Assembly (NCBI GenBank): GCA_963819655.1
Contig: CAWFXA010000003.1
Location: 640,001-704,000 of the forward strand
Reading direction: 5' to 3'
DNA: 64,000 nt
DNA from: an uncultured Chloroflexia bacterium
GTDB taxonomy: Bacteria; Chloroflexota; Limnocylindria; Limnocylindrales; CSP1-4
Shown: piece by piece, positions 28,510 through 38,726 of the stretch
How positions within the stretch are numbered: the first letter of the stretch is position 1
How the letters are laid out: each line of letters opens with the position of its first letter
Position numbers and translations under genes: made by a program
The notes under the pieces: model-generated
What the model saw: only the letters and a program-made list of their open reading frames with translations
What the model was told of the DNA's origin: nothing
Database searches by the model: none

Positions 28510-28641
28510 TCGGTCGTCCCGTCCTGCTCGCGCTCGGGTCCGGCGCGGTCGATCGGCTCCCGCGCCGCCCGAGCGACCGTTGTCGCGACAGGATACCCCA
28601 GCCCTCCAGCAGGCCCCGGACCAGGGCGTCGTACGGCGGCC

Positions 28642-31041
28642 TCAGTCGCCCGGATCATCGATGTCGTCGTGCGAGCGGAACCAGTTGTCCGGTCCGTAGA
28701 TCAGGCGCGGCGTCGCAGGATTCCGCGGATCCTGCGGCCCGATGATCCCGTAGCGCTCGAGCTCGTCCATCACCCGGCTCGCGCGCGCGAAGCCAAGCTT
28801 CAGCTTCGTCTGGAGCATCGAGGTGCTGGCACGCTGGCTGGTCGTGATGAGCTCTGCCGCCGGGACCGTCATCTCATCGACGCCGAGCTTGCGCAGCCAG
28901 GCGAACTGGCTGCCGTCGGAGCCATTCCCGTCCTCCGGGTCGGCGAAGGCGAGGATGCCCTCGTCGTAGAACGTCCGATCGCCCGTCTGGTCGAGCCAAT
29001 GCTGGGTGATCGCGCCGACCTCGCGATCGCTCACGAACACGCCTTGCATCCGGACCGGCCGCGGCAGGTCGACCGGCTGGTACAGCATGTCGCCACGACC
29101 GATCAGGTCCTCTGCACCCTGCGCGTCGAGCACGGTCCGTGAGTCCACGTTCGAGGCCATCGCGAACGCGATCCGGGACGGGACGTTGGCCTTGATGAGA
29201 CCGGTCACGACGTTCACGGACGGTCGCTGCGTCGCGAGGACGAGGTGGATGCCGACCGCGCGGGCCTTCTGGGCGATCTTCACCACGGGATCCTCGACCT
29301 TGCGACCCTCACGCATGATCAGGTCGGCCAGCTCGTCGATGATGAGCACGATGAACGGCATCCGCTCGCCGTCGTCGCTCGCCCCGCCACCCTCTGCGTC
29401 ATGGCGGGCATTGAACGCGGTGATGTTGCGCACACCGTGTGCGGCGAGGAGCTTGTAGCGATCCTCCATCTCGCGCACGGCCCAGTTCAGCACCGCCTTT
29501 GCCTCGTGTGGCTCGACGATGACGTGCTGGAGGAGGTGCGGCAGCCCGTTGTAGGGCGCCAGCTCGACGCGCTTGAGATCGACCAGGATCAGCCTCACCT
29601 CGTCGGGCCGGGCCCGCATGAGGAGGCTGGTGATGAGCGCGTTGACGCACACGCTCTTGCCCGATCCCGTGGCCCCGGCGATCAGCAGATGCGGCATCTT
29701 CGCCAGATCGACGGAGTACGCCTTGCCCGACACGTCACGACCGAGCGCGAACGTGAGCGGACTCGTCGAGTCGAGCATCACGCTCTCGTCGACGAGCGGC
29801 TTGAACCCGACGACCTCGCTGACCGAGTTCGGGATCTCGATGCCGACGACGTCCTTGCCCGGGATCGGTGCCTCGATACGGATCGATCGAGCGGCGAGGG
29901 CCATCGCGAGGTCGTCAGCGAGTGCCTCGATGCGCGACACCTTCACGTGATGCTCCGGCCGGACCTCGTACTGGGTGACGACCGGCCCCGAGTTGACCGC
30001 GACGACCTTGGCGGGGATCGAGAAGCTCAGCAGCTTCTCCTCGATCCGGCGCTTGTTCGATTCGTGGTCGACGCCGGCGCCGACGCGGCCGGCGGCACGT
30101 GGCTCGAGCAGGTCCGTGCCGGGCAGCACCCAGTCGATCGCGCTGAGCGACTCCAGAGCGGTCGGCTGTTCGGTGGCCACGGCCGTCGCGACGCGCGTCG
30201 CGCCGTTGCCGCTCGAGAGTCGCGCGGCCGTTCCACCCGACCCGCCGTCGAGCGGGCCGGTCCAGACCGTCTGGCTGACCGGCGACTGGCTGTGCACAGG
30301 CGCCGGTTCGTCGAGGATGCTCCGGGCAGCGGCGAGATCGCTGCCCGTCGCCATCGGGACCGGGGCAGGAGCCTTTGCGGGCGCCTCGCGGCGCCGGCCG
30401 TTGGTCGGAGGCGTCGCGGGCTTGGTCGGTCGCGCCTCGGCGACACGGCGCATGGACGCCGCGGTCGTCGCGCCAAGCCATCGCGCCGTCCCTGTCAGCG
30501 GGGAGAACAGCTCGCGCAGCTGCAGGTTGAACGCGAGCATCAGCCCCAGGCCGGCGATCGCCGCGAGCAGCACGAACGTGCCTGGGCCGGTCAGCAGAGG
30601 TTCGAGCGTCCCGGCCAGGAAGCGACCGATACGGCCGCCTCCGCGTTCGGCGTCGAACAGCTCGACCTTCAGGACCTCGAACGCGCCCAGTGCGGCCACG
30701 TACGCGAGCCCGAGACCGGCCAGCGTCATCCCCCAGCCCGAGCCGGGCTGGCGGCCGGGCCCGCCTGCCACGTACCACCCGCCGCCGAGCAGCAGGAACG
30801 GCAGCAGCCAGCGGCCGGTCTCAAACCACGGTGCGATCGAGTCCCGCCACCAGTCGGTGAGCGCACCTTGGCCGGGCAGGATCAGGGCGATCAGCGTGAT
30901 CGCGCCCAATGCCATCATCGTCGTCCCCACGATCGATCGGACGACCTCCGGTGTGAAGATCCTGGCCAGGTCCCGCGAGATGCGGCGCCGCGAACTACGG
31001 CTCCCGGACCGGGGAGCGGCCGAGCGACGGGGTTTGGCCAC
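28642..31041 (-). CDS. ftsK: DNA translocase FtsK
   Basis: N-terminal TM helices, PHLLIAGATGSGKS, IIDELAD, ATQRPS, gamma domain GFARASR. Confidence 0.96.
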   Translation of the reverse strand: MAKPRRSAAPRSGSRSSRRRISRDLARIFTPEVVRSIVGTTMMALGAITLIALILPGQGALTDWWRDSIAPWFETGRWLLPFLLLGGGWYVAGGPGRQPGSGWGMTLAGLGLAYVAALGAFEVLKVELFDAERGGGRIGRFLAGTLEPLLTGPGTFVLLAAIAGLGLMLAFNLQLRELFSPLTGTARWLGATTAASMRRVAEARPTKPATPPTNGRRREAPAKAPAPVPMATGSDLAAARSILDEPAPVHSQSPVSQTVWTGPLDGGSGGTAARLSSGNGATRVATAVATEQPTALESLSAIDWVLPGTDLLEPRAAGRVGAGVDHESNKRRIEEKLLSFSIPAKVVAVNSGPVVTQYEVRPEHHVKVSRIEALADDLAMALAARSIRIEAPIPGKDVVGIEIPNSVSEVVGFKPLVDESVMLDSTSPLTFALGRDVSGKAYSVDLAKMPHLLIAGATGSGKSVCVNALITSLLMRARPDEVRLILVDLKRVELAPYNGLPHLLQHVIVEPHEAKAVLNWAVREMEDRYKLLAAHGVRNITAFNARHDAEGGGASDDGERMPFIVLIIDELADLIMREGRKVEDPVVKIAQKARAVGIHLVLATQRPSVNVVTGLIKANVPSRIAFAMASNVDSRTVLDAQGAEDLIGRGDMLYQPVDLPRPVRMQGVFVSDREVGAITQHWLDQTGDRTFYDEGILAFADPEDGNGSDGSQFAWLRKLGVDEMTVPAAELITTSQRASTSMLQTKLKLGFARASRVMDELERYGIIGPQDPRNPATPRLIYGPDNWFRSHDDIDDPGD

Positions 31042-31043
31042 GC

Positions 31044-32717
31044 TCAGACCTCGACCACGACCGGGAACACCATCGGACGGCGCTTGGTCTGTTCATAGAG
31101 GTACCTCGAGACCCCGTCCTTGATCTGGGTCTTGAGCAGGCCGATCTCGCTGATGTGGTCACCCGGCGTGTCGATCGCAGCGATGACGCGCTCGACGGCC
31201 TCGTCCATCAGCGGATCGCGCTCGTTGAGGTGGACGAAACCGCGCGTGACGATCTCAGGGCGACCGACCACCGAACCCGTCTGTTTGTCGACCGTGACGA
31301 CGATCATGAACATGCCGTCGTTCGCCAGGGAGCGGCGATCGCGCAGGACGATCTCCCCGACATCGCCGACCGACAGACCGTCGACGAACACGTAACCGGC
31401 GGTGACCGGGCTCCCGCGCCGGGCCGAGCCATCGGCATACAGCTCGATCGGCGTCCCGTTCTCGATGATGAAGACGTTCGACGGGTCGACGCCGGTCTCG
31501 ATCGCGAGCCGCCCGTGCTGGACCTGCATCCGGAACTCGCCGTGGATCGGGATGAAGTACTTGGGCTTCGTCAGGCCGAGCATCAGCTTGAGCTCCTCCT
31601 GGCTGGCGTGCCCGGAAACGTGCGCGCGCTTGATCGTGTGGTAGTACACGTTGGCGCCCGCCTTGAACAGGTTGTCGATGGTCCTGGAGACGTACTCCTC
31701 GTTGCCGGGGATCGGGCTCGCGCTCACGATCACGGTATCGCCCGGCTGGATCTCGACGAAGCGGTGATCGCGATTGGCCATCCTCGCGAGACCCGCCATC
31801 GGCTCGCCCTGGGCACCCGTCGTGGCGATCACCAACTGGGCGTCGGGGTGGTCCTTGATGCGGTCCTTCGAGACGATCCGCGACGGCTCATAGGTCAGGT
31901 ATCCGAGATCTGTGGCGATCCGGAAGTTCTGCTCCATCGAGCGACCGATCACCGACACACTGCGGTTCATGTCGGCGGCGGCGTCCAGGACCTGCTGGAT
32001 GCGCGCGATGTTGCTGGCGAAGGTGGCCACGATGACCCGCCCTTCGAGCGGCTCCATGATCTCGCGGAACGCCTCGCCGACGGTCCGCTCGGACGGGGTG
32101 TAGCCCGGGTTCTCGGCGCGCGTCGAGTCGGACAGGAGGCAGATGACCCCTTCGGCGCCCATCCGTGCGAGCGTGGCGAAGTCGGACAGCTTGCCGTCGA
32201 CCGGTGTGTGGTCGAACTTGAAGTCGCCCGTATGGACGATGGTCCCGATCGGCGTCCGGAGGGCGATGCCCATCGCATCCGGGATCGAATGGCCGACGCG
32301 GAACGGGACGACATGGAACGGCCCGACGTCGATCTCGTCGCCGGGGTCGAGCGCGAGCACCGGATTGTTGTGGAGCTTGTGCTCCTTGATCTTGCTGCCG
32401 AGGAGTCCGCGGGCCAGCGTGCTGGCATAGACGGGCACGCCCGGGAACTCGGGGAGCACGTACGGCAGCGCACCGACGTGGTCCTCGTGGGCATGTGTGA
32501 TCAGGAAGGCCCTGACCTTTTCGCGGTTCTCCTTGAGGTAGGTGACATCGGGGATGACGAGGTCGATGCCGAACATCTCCTCGTCGGGGAACATGAGCCC
32601 GCAGTCGATCACGACGATGTCGTCGCCGTACTCGAACACGTACATGTTCTTGCCGATCTCGCCCACCCCGCCGAGCGGGATGATGCGAAGCGGCACGTCT
32701 GGGTCGGTGATGGTCAT
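31044..32717 (-). CDS. rnj: Ribonuclease J
   Basis: PLGGVGEIGKN, THAHEDHVG, HVSGHA. Confidence 0.96.
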   Translation of the reverse strand: MTITDPDVPLRIIPLGGVGEIGKNMYVFEYGDDIVVIDCGLMFPDEEMFGIDLVIPDVTYLKENREKVRAFLITHAHEDHVGALPYVLPEFPGVPVYASTLARGLLGSKIKEHKLHNNPVLALDPGDEIDVGPFHVVPFRVGHSIPDAMGIALRTPIGTIVHTGDFKFDHTPVDGKLSDFATLARMGAEGVICLLSDSTRAENPGYTPSERTVGEAFREIMEPLEGRVIVATFASNIARIQQVLDAAADMNRSVSVIGRSMEQNFRIATDLGYLTYEPSRIVSKDRIKDHPDAQLVIATTGAQGEPMAGLARMANRDHRFVEIQPGDTVIVSASPIPGNEEYVSRTIDNLFKAGANVYYHTIKRAHVSGHASQEELKLMLGLTKPKYFIPIHGEFRMQVQHGRLAIETGVDPSNVFIIENGTPIELYADGSARRGSPVTAGYVFVDGLSVGDVGEIVLRDRRSLANDGMFMIVVTVDKQTGSVVGRPEIVTRGFVHLNERDPLMDEAVERVIAAIDTPGDHISEIGLLKTQIKDGVSRYLYEQTKRRPMVFPVVVEV

Positions 32718-32737
32718 TCGGTTCCTATGGTTCGGTT

Positions 32738-33442
32738 CTAGAAGATGGTGAGTTGGTCGGTGGGGTCCGCCACCGTGTCGGCGTCCACCGCGGGGATCGT
32801 CGCGGCGACCGAGACCGCCGTCTCGGCGGCGGCGAGGGTGCTCTGTCTGCGTCTCTCGCGGGCGTCGGTCAGCACGCGCGGGATGAGCGCGGCGTCCTCG
32901 TAGCTCTCACGCTCGATCGATGGGGTACGGAGCGCGGCGGCGGGGTGATACATCGCCAAGACCGTCGCGTCGTGGGCTCCGGTCGCCGGGTCTGCGAGAC
33001 GGGTGGTGCCGTGTGCCTGCGAGATCCGCGCGCCGGGCATGAACCGGCCCATCGAGTGGCGGCCGAGCGTCACGATGACCGCAGGGTCGAGCGCCTCGAG
33101 CTGCCGCTGGAGATACGGCGCGCACGCGGCCACCTCGTCGGGCTCCGGGTCGCGGTTGCCGGGCGGACGGCACTTCACGATGTTGGTGATGAATACGTCC
33201 CCGCGCGTCCAGCCGATGTGGCCGAGCAGCTTCACCAATAGATCGCCGGCGCGGCCGACGAACGGCCGGCCCTGGAGATCCTCGTTCTGGCCCGGACCTT
33301 CGCCGACGAACAGAACCTCGGTCGACGGATCGCCCTCGCCAGGGACGGCGTTCGTGCGGGTGGTGTGGAGGCGGCAGCGCGTGCAGACGCGGACCTCCGC
33401 TGCGATCGCCTCGAGCGCCGCACGGCGCTCGGCCTCGGTCAC
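32738..33442 (-). CDS. Uracil-DNA glycosylase family 4 (Fe-S)
   Basis: CTRC, GEGPG, PFVG, KCRPP, YHPAA. Confidence 0.92.
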   Translation of the reverse strand: MTEAERRAALEAIAAEVRVCTRCRLHTTRTNAVPGEGDPSTEVLFVGEGPGQNEDLQGRPFVGRAGDLLVKLLGHIGWTRGDVFITNIVKCRPPGNRDPEPDEVAACAPYLQRQLEALDPAVIVTLGRHSMGRFMPGARISQAHGTTRLADPATGAHDATVLAMYHPAAALRTPSIERESYEDAALIPRVLTDARERRRQSTLAAAETAVSVAATIPAVDADTVADPTDQLTIF

Positions 33443-34512
33443 GCGGGGGATCCGGCCGCGTCCCGTGTCGCGGCGGCCTTGACCCACCCGCGCTCGACCA
33501 GCAGCTCAGCCAGCTGGACGGCGTTGGTGGCGGCTCCCTTGCGGAGGTTGTCGCTGACGACCCAGAACGCCAGGCCTCGCCCGCCGTCGATCGATGGATC
33601 CTGGCGGACGCGCCCGACATAGATCTCGTCGGTGCCGGCCGCTTCGGTGGCCAGCGGATAGGTCGAGGTCGAGGGGTCGTCCTGGACGACGACGCCCGGT
33701 ACGGCGCCGAACAAGGTCCTGGCACGGTCCGGCGTGATCGGATCGGTCGTCTCGACGTGGACTGCCTCCGAATGCGCGACGAACACGGGGATGCGGACGG
33801 CCGTGCTCGAGATCCGCAGGTCCGGGAGGTGGAGGATCTTGCGGCTCTCCGTCACGACCTTCCACTCTTCCTTGGTGTAGCCGTTATCCAGGAACACATC
33901 GACCTGCGGGAGGGCGTTGAAGGCGATCTGGTGGGGGTAGACGCTCGCCTCGATCGGTTGGGCCTTGACATGTGCCTCGACCTGCGACTGCAGCTCGGTG
34001 ATCGCCTTGCCGCCGGTGCCGGAGACCGCCTGGTAGGTATCGACCACGACGCGCTCGAGGCCGACCGAATCGCGTAGAGCCATCAGGACCGGGACGAGCT
34101 GCATCGTCGAACAGTTCGGGTTGGCCACGATCCCTTCATGCCACCCCAGGTCGTCCGGATTGACCTGGCTGACGACGAGCGGCACAGAGGGATCCATGCG
34201 CCACGCGCTCGAGTTGTCGATGACGGTCGCGCCGCGCCTGGCGGCCTCTGGCGCCAGGGCCTTGGAGGCATCGCCACCCGCTGAGAAGAGCGCGATGTCG
34301 ACGCCGTCGAAGGCGTCGGGCGCGGCCTCACGGACGGGATGGCGGGTGCCGTTGACATCGAGCTCCGCGCCCGCGCTGCGGGCACTCGCGAGTAGCCGCA
34401 ACTCCCCGAACGGGAACTCCCGCTCGAGCAACATCCGGATCATCGTCCCGCCGACGACGCCGGTCGCGCCGACGACCGCGATCGTGAGTGGCTTGCTGGT
34501 CACCGAGGGCAT
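33439..34512 (-). CDS. asd: Aspartate-semialdehyde dehydrogenase
   Basis: VVGATGVVG, DNSSAWRM, ANPNCST, DNLRKGAA. Confidence 0.96.
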   Translation of the reverse strand: MPSVTSKPLTIAVVGATGVVGGTMIRMLLEREFPFGELRLLASARSAGAELDVNGTRHPVREAAPDAFDGVDIALFSAGGDASKALAPEAARRGATVIDNSSAWRMDPSVPLVVSQVNPDDLGWHEGIVANPNCSTMQLVPVLMALRDSVGLERVVVDTYQAVSGTGGKAITELQSQVEAHVKAQPIEASVYPHQIAFNALPQVDVFLDNGYTKEEWKVVTESRKILHLPDLRISSTAVRIPVFVAHSEAVHVETTDPITPDRARTLFGAVPGVVVQDDPSTSTYPLATEAAGTDEIYVGRVRQDPSIDGGRGLAFWVVSDNLRKGAATNAVQLAELLVERGWVKAAATRDAAGSPA

Positions 34513-34669
34513 GGCTCCGCAGTGGTCTTGATCACGTCGGGCACGGCGGGAGTATAGCAGCGAGTGTTGGCGGCACCCGACGTGGTCGGGCCGTTCGCCG
34601 ATCCCGGCGATGCGAGCATGATCCGCTACCTGCGTGACTGGCACGGGGCCGCCGCCTGGTGTCGGTCCG

Positions 34670-34826
34670 GATTCTGTCCCCACCAGACGATCGGGGCGTT
34701 CGGAGGCGATAACGGTGGGTTGATGCGGGTATTCGCTCACGGCCGAGCGTGTGGGAGGCGTTGGCGACCGGCCGTCGATGGCCTTATGGCACTCCAAGCG
34801 CCGGATCGTCTGCTGCCACCAGAATC
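34670..34826. repeat. Long degenerate palindrome (REPIN/MITE-like or structured RNA)
   Basis: Left arm GATTCTG..CAGACGATC..GGAG pairs with right arm CTCC..GATCGTCTG..CAGAATC; weaker complementarity continues inward. Confidence 0.6.
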
Positions 34827-34986
34827 GCGAGGCGCATTGGTCCGCCGTGTGCGCCTTGTGCGCCGTGCCGCCGATCGTCGCCGATCTCGACGGTGGCCGA
34901 CGCCGCTCTAACGCGGATCGCCGACCCACGACGATCGCCACGGCGCCGCACGCCAGCCCGAGCGTGAGCGGCACCAACCGTGACCC

Positions 34987-35026
34987 GAAAAGCAAGACCG
35001 GCCGGGCCCGGAGGCGCCGACCGGTC
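34987..35026 (-). terminator. Intrinsic terminator downstream of pnp
   Basis: GACCGGTCGGCGCC-TCCG-GGCCCGGCCGGTC stem followed by TTGCTTTT. Confidence 0.75.
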
Positions 35027-35054
35027 GAATGTCGCTGGGGTTGTACCCGAGGAG

Positions 35055-37643
35055 TTAACTCCCGACAGGCTCCTTGGCGAGGTGTCGCTGCATCGCGGCC
35101 TTGCGCGACAGGTTGACGCGGCCCTGCCGGTCGATCTCGGTCACGACGACCATCACCTCGTCGCCGACGGACACGACGTCCTCGACGGTGGGCACGTGGT
35201 AGTCGGCGAGCTCGCCGATGCGGACCAGGCCCTCCTTGCCGGGCAGGATCTCGACGAACGCGCCGAAGCCCATGATCCGGGTCACCTTGCCGAGATACAG
35301 GGCGCCGATCTCGACCTCGCGGGTCAGGCTCTCGATCCACTGGATCGCCTTGCGCGAGTTCTCGCCGGACACGGCCGCGATCTCCACGGTGCCGTCGTCC
35401 TCGACGTTGATCTCGGTCTGGGTCTCTTCCTGGATCTTGCGGATCATCGATCCGCCCTTGCCGATGATCTCGCGGATCTTCTCGGGGTTGATCTTGATCG
35501 TGATGATGCGCGGCGCGAAGTCGCTCATCTCCACGCGGGCCTCTGGCAGCACCGCGGTCATCTTGTCGAGGATCTCGAGGCGGGCCACGAGAGCCTGCTT
35601 GAGACCGTCACGGATGATCGCCTCGCTGATGCCCTGGACCTTGATGTCCATCTGCAGGGCGGTCACGCCGTCCCGCGTGCCGGTCACCTTGAAGTCCATG
35701 TCCCCGATCGAATCCTCCTTGCCGAGGATGTCGGTCAGGACCACGAACCGGCCGTCGGGCTCGCTGATCAGGCCCATCGCCGCACCGGCGACCGGTGCCT
35801 TGATCGGCACGCCGGCGTCCATCAGCGCGAGGGTCGATCCGCACGTCGAGGCCATCGACGTCGAGCCATTCGACGTCACGCACTCGCTCACGAGGCGGAT
35901 GACGTACGGGAACTCATCGTGGTCCGGGAGGACAGGCACGAGTGCCCGCTCGGCGAGATGGCCATGGCCGATGTCGCGCCGGCTGGGCCCGCGCATCGGC
36001 TTGTTCTCGCCGGTGCTGTACGGCGGGAAGTTGTAGTGGTGGAGGTAGCGCTTCTCGGTCTCCGGGCTGATCGTGTCGATCCGCTGGACGTCCGAGGACG
36101 AACCGAGCGTCGCCACGGTCAGCGCCTGCGTATCACCGCGCGTGAACAGGCCGGAGCCATGGGCGCGTGGGACGAGTCCGACCTCCACGCTGATGGGCCG
36201 GATCTCGGTCAGACCGCGACCGTCGATGCGGATGCCCTCGTCGAGGACGAGCTGGCGGACGGTCTTCTTCTGGATCAGGTTGAACAGGCCCTTGCTGACA
36301 CGTGCGTCGCGGCGGGCGAACTCGAGCAGGCTGGCAGTGTCGCCACCCGTGCGCTGGGCGCGGACCGCGTCGGCGATCGCTGTGCGCAGGGTCGAGATCC
36401 GACCCGGCAGGTCCCTCGCGAACCAGATCAGGAGGTTCGCGGTCGCCTCGGCGTCCGGGAGCGCCCGATGGCTCTGGGTCAGGTCGACGCCGAAGAAGCG
36501 CGCCAGGTCCGGGAGCTTGTACGAGTCGCCGCCAGGGTAGCCCTCGCGGGCGATGATCAGGGTGTCGAGGTATGTGCCGGGCTGGAAGCGGAACCCGTCG
36601 CCCTTGGCCTCTTCCATGAAGGCGAGGTCGAAGCCGACGTTGTGCCCGACGACCTTGGCGTCGCCCACGAAGGCGAGCAGCTGATCGGCCGCCTCGCGGG
36701 GACTCGGCGCGCCCTTGACGTCCTTGTCGGTGATGCCGTGCATCTGGTTGCCGACGATGGGCCGGCCGGGGTTCACGAAGGTCGACCAGCGGTCAACGAT
36801 GTCCGTGCCCTTGACCTTGACCGCGGCGACCTCGAGGAGGTCGGCCATCTTCGGATCGGTGCCGGTCGTCTCCACGTCGATGACGACGAGCTCGCGCTTG
36901 TCGTCGGTCGCGGAGGCGAACTCGAGGACCGAGCTCGTCGGGGGCTCGAGGTACGGGACGCGCTTCGCCTTGCCGACCGCCTTCTGGATCTCCTCCTGGA
37001 GGTCCACGATCGGCTGCAGCGCGCGATGCCCGAACAGGATGGCCTCGGCCATGACGTCCTCGGGCAGCAGCTTGGCGCCGGCCTCGACCATCATGATCGC
37101 GTCGCGTGTGCCGGCGACGATCAGGTCGAGCTCGGAGTCGGCGAGTTGGCTGAAGGTCGGGTTGACGACGAACTCTCCGCCGATGCGCCCGACACGGACC
37201 GAGCCGATCGGCCCGTTGAACGGGATCTCACTGATCGTCAGGGCGGCTGATGCCGCGATCGTGCCGACCACGTCGGGGAGGTTCTCCTGGTCGGTCGAGA
37301 GGACCGTGATGACCAGCTGGACGTCGTCCTTGTAGCCCTCGGGGAAGAGGGGACGGATCGGTCGGTCCGTCTGGCGGGCCGCGAGGATCGCGTTCTCCGA
37401 TGGACGGGCCTCGCGCTTGATGAAGCCGCCCGGGATCTTGCCCGCGGCGTACATCCGCTCCTCGAAATCGACGGTGAGCGGGAAGAAGTCCAGCCCGGGG
37501 CGGGGCTCGGAACGGTTGGCAGTGCCGAGCACCATGGTGTCACCGTAGCGGACGGTGACGGAACCGCCGGCGAGCCGTGCAAGCTTGCCGGTTTCGATGG
37601 TCAGTGTGCGACCACCGAACTCTGTCTCGAAAGTCTGAGACAA
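35055..37643 (-). CDS. pnp: Polynucleotide phosphorylase with an in-frame DEDDh exonuclease insertion
   Basis: PH1 (FFPLTVD, GKIPGGF.KRE), PH2 ([37 protein letters not shown]), KH and S1 domains; downstream of rpsO. Confidence 0.97.
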   Translation of the reverse strand: MSQTFETEFGGRTLTIETGKLARLAGGSVTVRYGDTMVLGTANRSEPRPGLDFFPLTVDFEERMYAAGKIPGGFIKREARPSENAILAARQTDRPIRPLFPEGYKDDVQLVITVLSTDQENLPDVVGTIAASAALTISEIPFNGPIGSVRVGRIGGEFVVNPTFSQLADSELDLIVAGTRDAIMMVEAGAKLLPEDVMAEAILFGHRALQPIVDLQEEIQKAVGKAKRVPYLEPPTSSVLEFASATDDKRELVVIDVETTGTDPKMADLLEVAAVKVKGTDIVDRWSTFVNPGRPIVGNQMHGITDKDVKGAPSPREAADQLLAFVGDAKVVGHNVGFDLAFMEEAKGDGFRFQPGTYLDTLIIAREGYPGGDSYKLPDLARFFGVDLTQSHRALPDAEATANLLIWFARDLPGRISTLRTAIADAVRAQRTGGDTASLLEFARRDARVSKGLFNLIQKKTVRQLVLDEGIRIDGRGLTEIRPISVEVGLVPRAHGSGLFTRGDTQALTVATLGSSSDVQRIDTISPETEKRYLHHYNFPPYSTGENKPMRGPSRRDIGHGHLAERALVPVLPDHDEFPYVIRLVSECVTSNGSTSMASTCGSTLALMDAGVPIKAPVAGAAMGLISEPDGRFVVLTDILGKEDSIGDMDFKVTGTRDGVTALQMDIKVQGISEAIIRDGLKQALVARLEILDKMTAVLPEARVEMSDFAPRIITIKINPEKIREIIGKGGSMIRKIQEETQTEINVEDDGTVEIAAVSGENSRKAIQWIESLTREVEIGALYLGKVTRIMGFGAFVEILPGKEGLVRIGELADYHVPTVEDVVSVGDEVMVVVTEIDRQGRVNLSRKAAMQRHLAKEPVGS
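36414..36896 (-). other. DnaQ-like DEDDh 3'-5' exonuclease domain inside PNPase (about aa 250-410)
   Basis: Exo[10 protein letters not shown] (D256, E258), ExoII GHNVGFD (D339), ExoIII HRALPDA (H392, D397). Confidence 0.93.
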
Positions 37644-37766
37644 GGGAAACGATCCTCCTTGGTCGTGGAGGAGAAGTCGACCCGCGGGCGGGTCAGCCTG
37701 CTTCGCAGCCGGCGCCGTGTATGCGAGGACCCCGGGCGGTCTGCCCGAGGTCCGTGAGCGGCGACG

Positions 37767-38036
37767 CTAGCGGCGGAGTCCGAGCCGTCCGATGACGGTC
37801 CGGTAGCGCGCGCTGTCCTTCTTCATCAGGTATGCGAGAAGGCGGCGGCGCTGGCCGACGAGCTTGAGGAGGCCGCGACGCGAATGGTTGTCCTTCGGGA
37901 AGCGCCGGAGATGGTCCGTCAGGTCCTTGATCCGCTCGGTCAAGAGCGCGACCTGGACCTCTGGTGAACCGGTATCGCCATCGTTTGTGGCGTAGCCGGT
38001 GACGATCTCCTGCTTCAGTTCCCGCGCGAGCGGCAC
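37767..38036 (-). CDS. rpsO: 30S ribosomal protein S15
   Basis: [33 protein letters not shown]; 89 aa. Confidence 0.97.
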   Translation of the reverse strand: MPLARELKQEIVTGYATNDGDTGSPEVQVALLTERIKDLTDHLRRFPKDNHSRRGLLKLVGQRRRLLAYLMKKDSARYRTVIGRLGLRR

Positions 38037-38159
38037 TCGGTCCTCCGACACGATCTGTGTGCTTGTACCTTCCTGTTTGACCGGCGGATGGTAGCAGAGA
38101 GGCCTCGAACGCGCCATCGAGCGCCGGTCGGCCCGTCCGACCCCGGCTATCCTTCGCCC

Positions 38160-38723
38160 ATGCCGCGGCTGACGAGGATCTACACGAAGACCGGCGACGA
38201 GGGGATGACCGGGCTCGGTGGCGGCAGGCGCGTGGCGAAGGACTCTCCGCGGGTCCGCGCGTACGGCACCGTCGACGAGTTGAACTCCGCGATCGGGGTC
38301 GCCCTCGCGCTCGGGCTCACCGACCGGCTCACGAGCGAGCTCGGATCTATCCAGAACGAGCTGTTCGACCTCGGGTCGGACCTGTGCTGGCCCGAGGACG
38401 ACGAACGCCGCGCGCGTATCCCGACCGTGCAGCCAAAGCACGTCCGGAGGCTCGAGGCGCTCATCGATGAGCTCAACGAGGTGGTCGGTCCGCTGACGAA
38501 CTTCCTGCTCCCGGGCGGCGCACCGGGCGCTGCGCAGCTCCACGTCGCCCGCACGATCTGCCGGCGCGCTGAACGCGAGGCGATCACGCTGTCACATGAG
38601 GAGCCGATCGGACAGCTGGTCCTCCCCTATCTCAATCGGTTGTCGGACGCGCTGTTCGTCATGGCCCGTTTCGAGAACCACGAACGCGGCGTCGACGAGC
38701 CGCTCTGGCAGCCCGGGCTGTAG
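38160..38723 (+). CDS. ATP:cob(I)alamin adenosyltransferase (PduO type)
   Basis: [34 protein letters not shown]. Confidence 0.93.
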   Translation: MPRLTRIYTKTGDEGMTGLGGGRRVAKDSPRVRAYGTVDELNSAIGVALALGLTDRLTSELGSIQNELFDLGSDLCWPEDDERRARIPTVQPKHVRRLEALIDELNEVVGPLTNFLLPGGAPGAAQLHVARTICRRAEREAITLSHEEPIGQLVLPYLNRLSDALFVMARFENHERGVDEPLWQPGL

Positions 38724-38726
38724 GCG

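Noticed and set aside
34513-34985. Lysine riboswitch upstream of asd
   Set aside because: No recognisable L-box consensus, and the asd promoter lies only about 40 nt from the start codon
34513-35340. 633-aa ORF suggesting an N-terminally extended Asd
   Set aside because: The extension crosses the pnp 3' end and terminator; Asd homology starts at 34512 with its own -10 element and SD
36414-36896. PNPase insertion as an intein or homing endonuclease
   Set aside because: No Cys/Ser N-terminal or His-Asn C-terminal splice motifs and no LAGLIDADG or HNH motif; the motifs are DEDDh
34980-37250. Long antisense and alternate-frame ORFs (also 29245-31098, 31155-32741, 51727-53718, 60328-62379)
   Set aside because: Shadow ORFs expected in high-GC DNA opposite well-supported genes; no domain motifs
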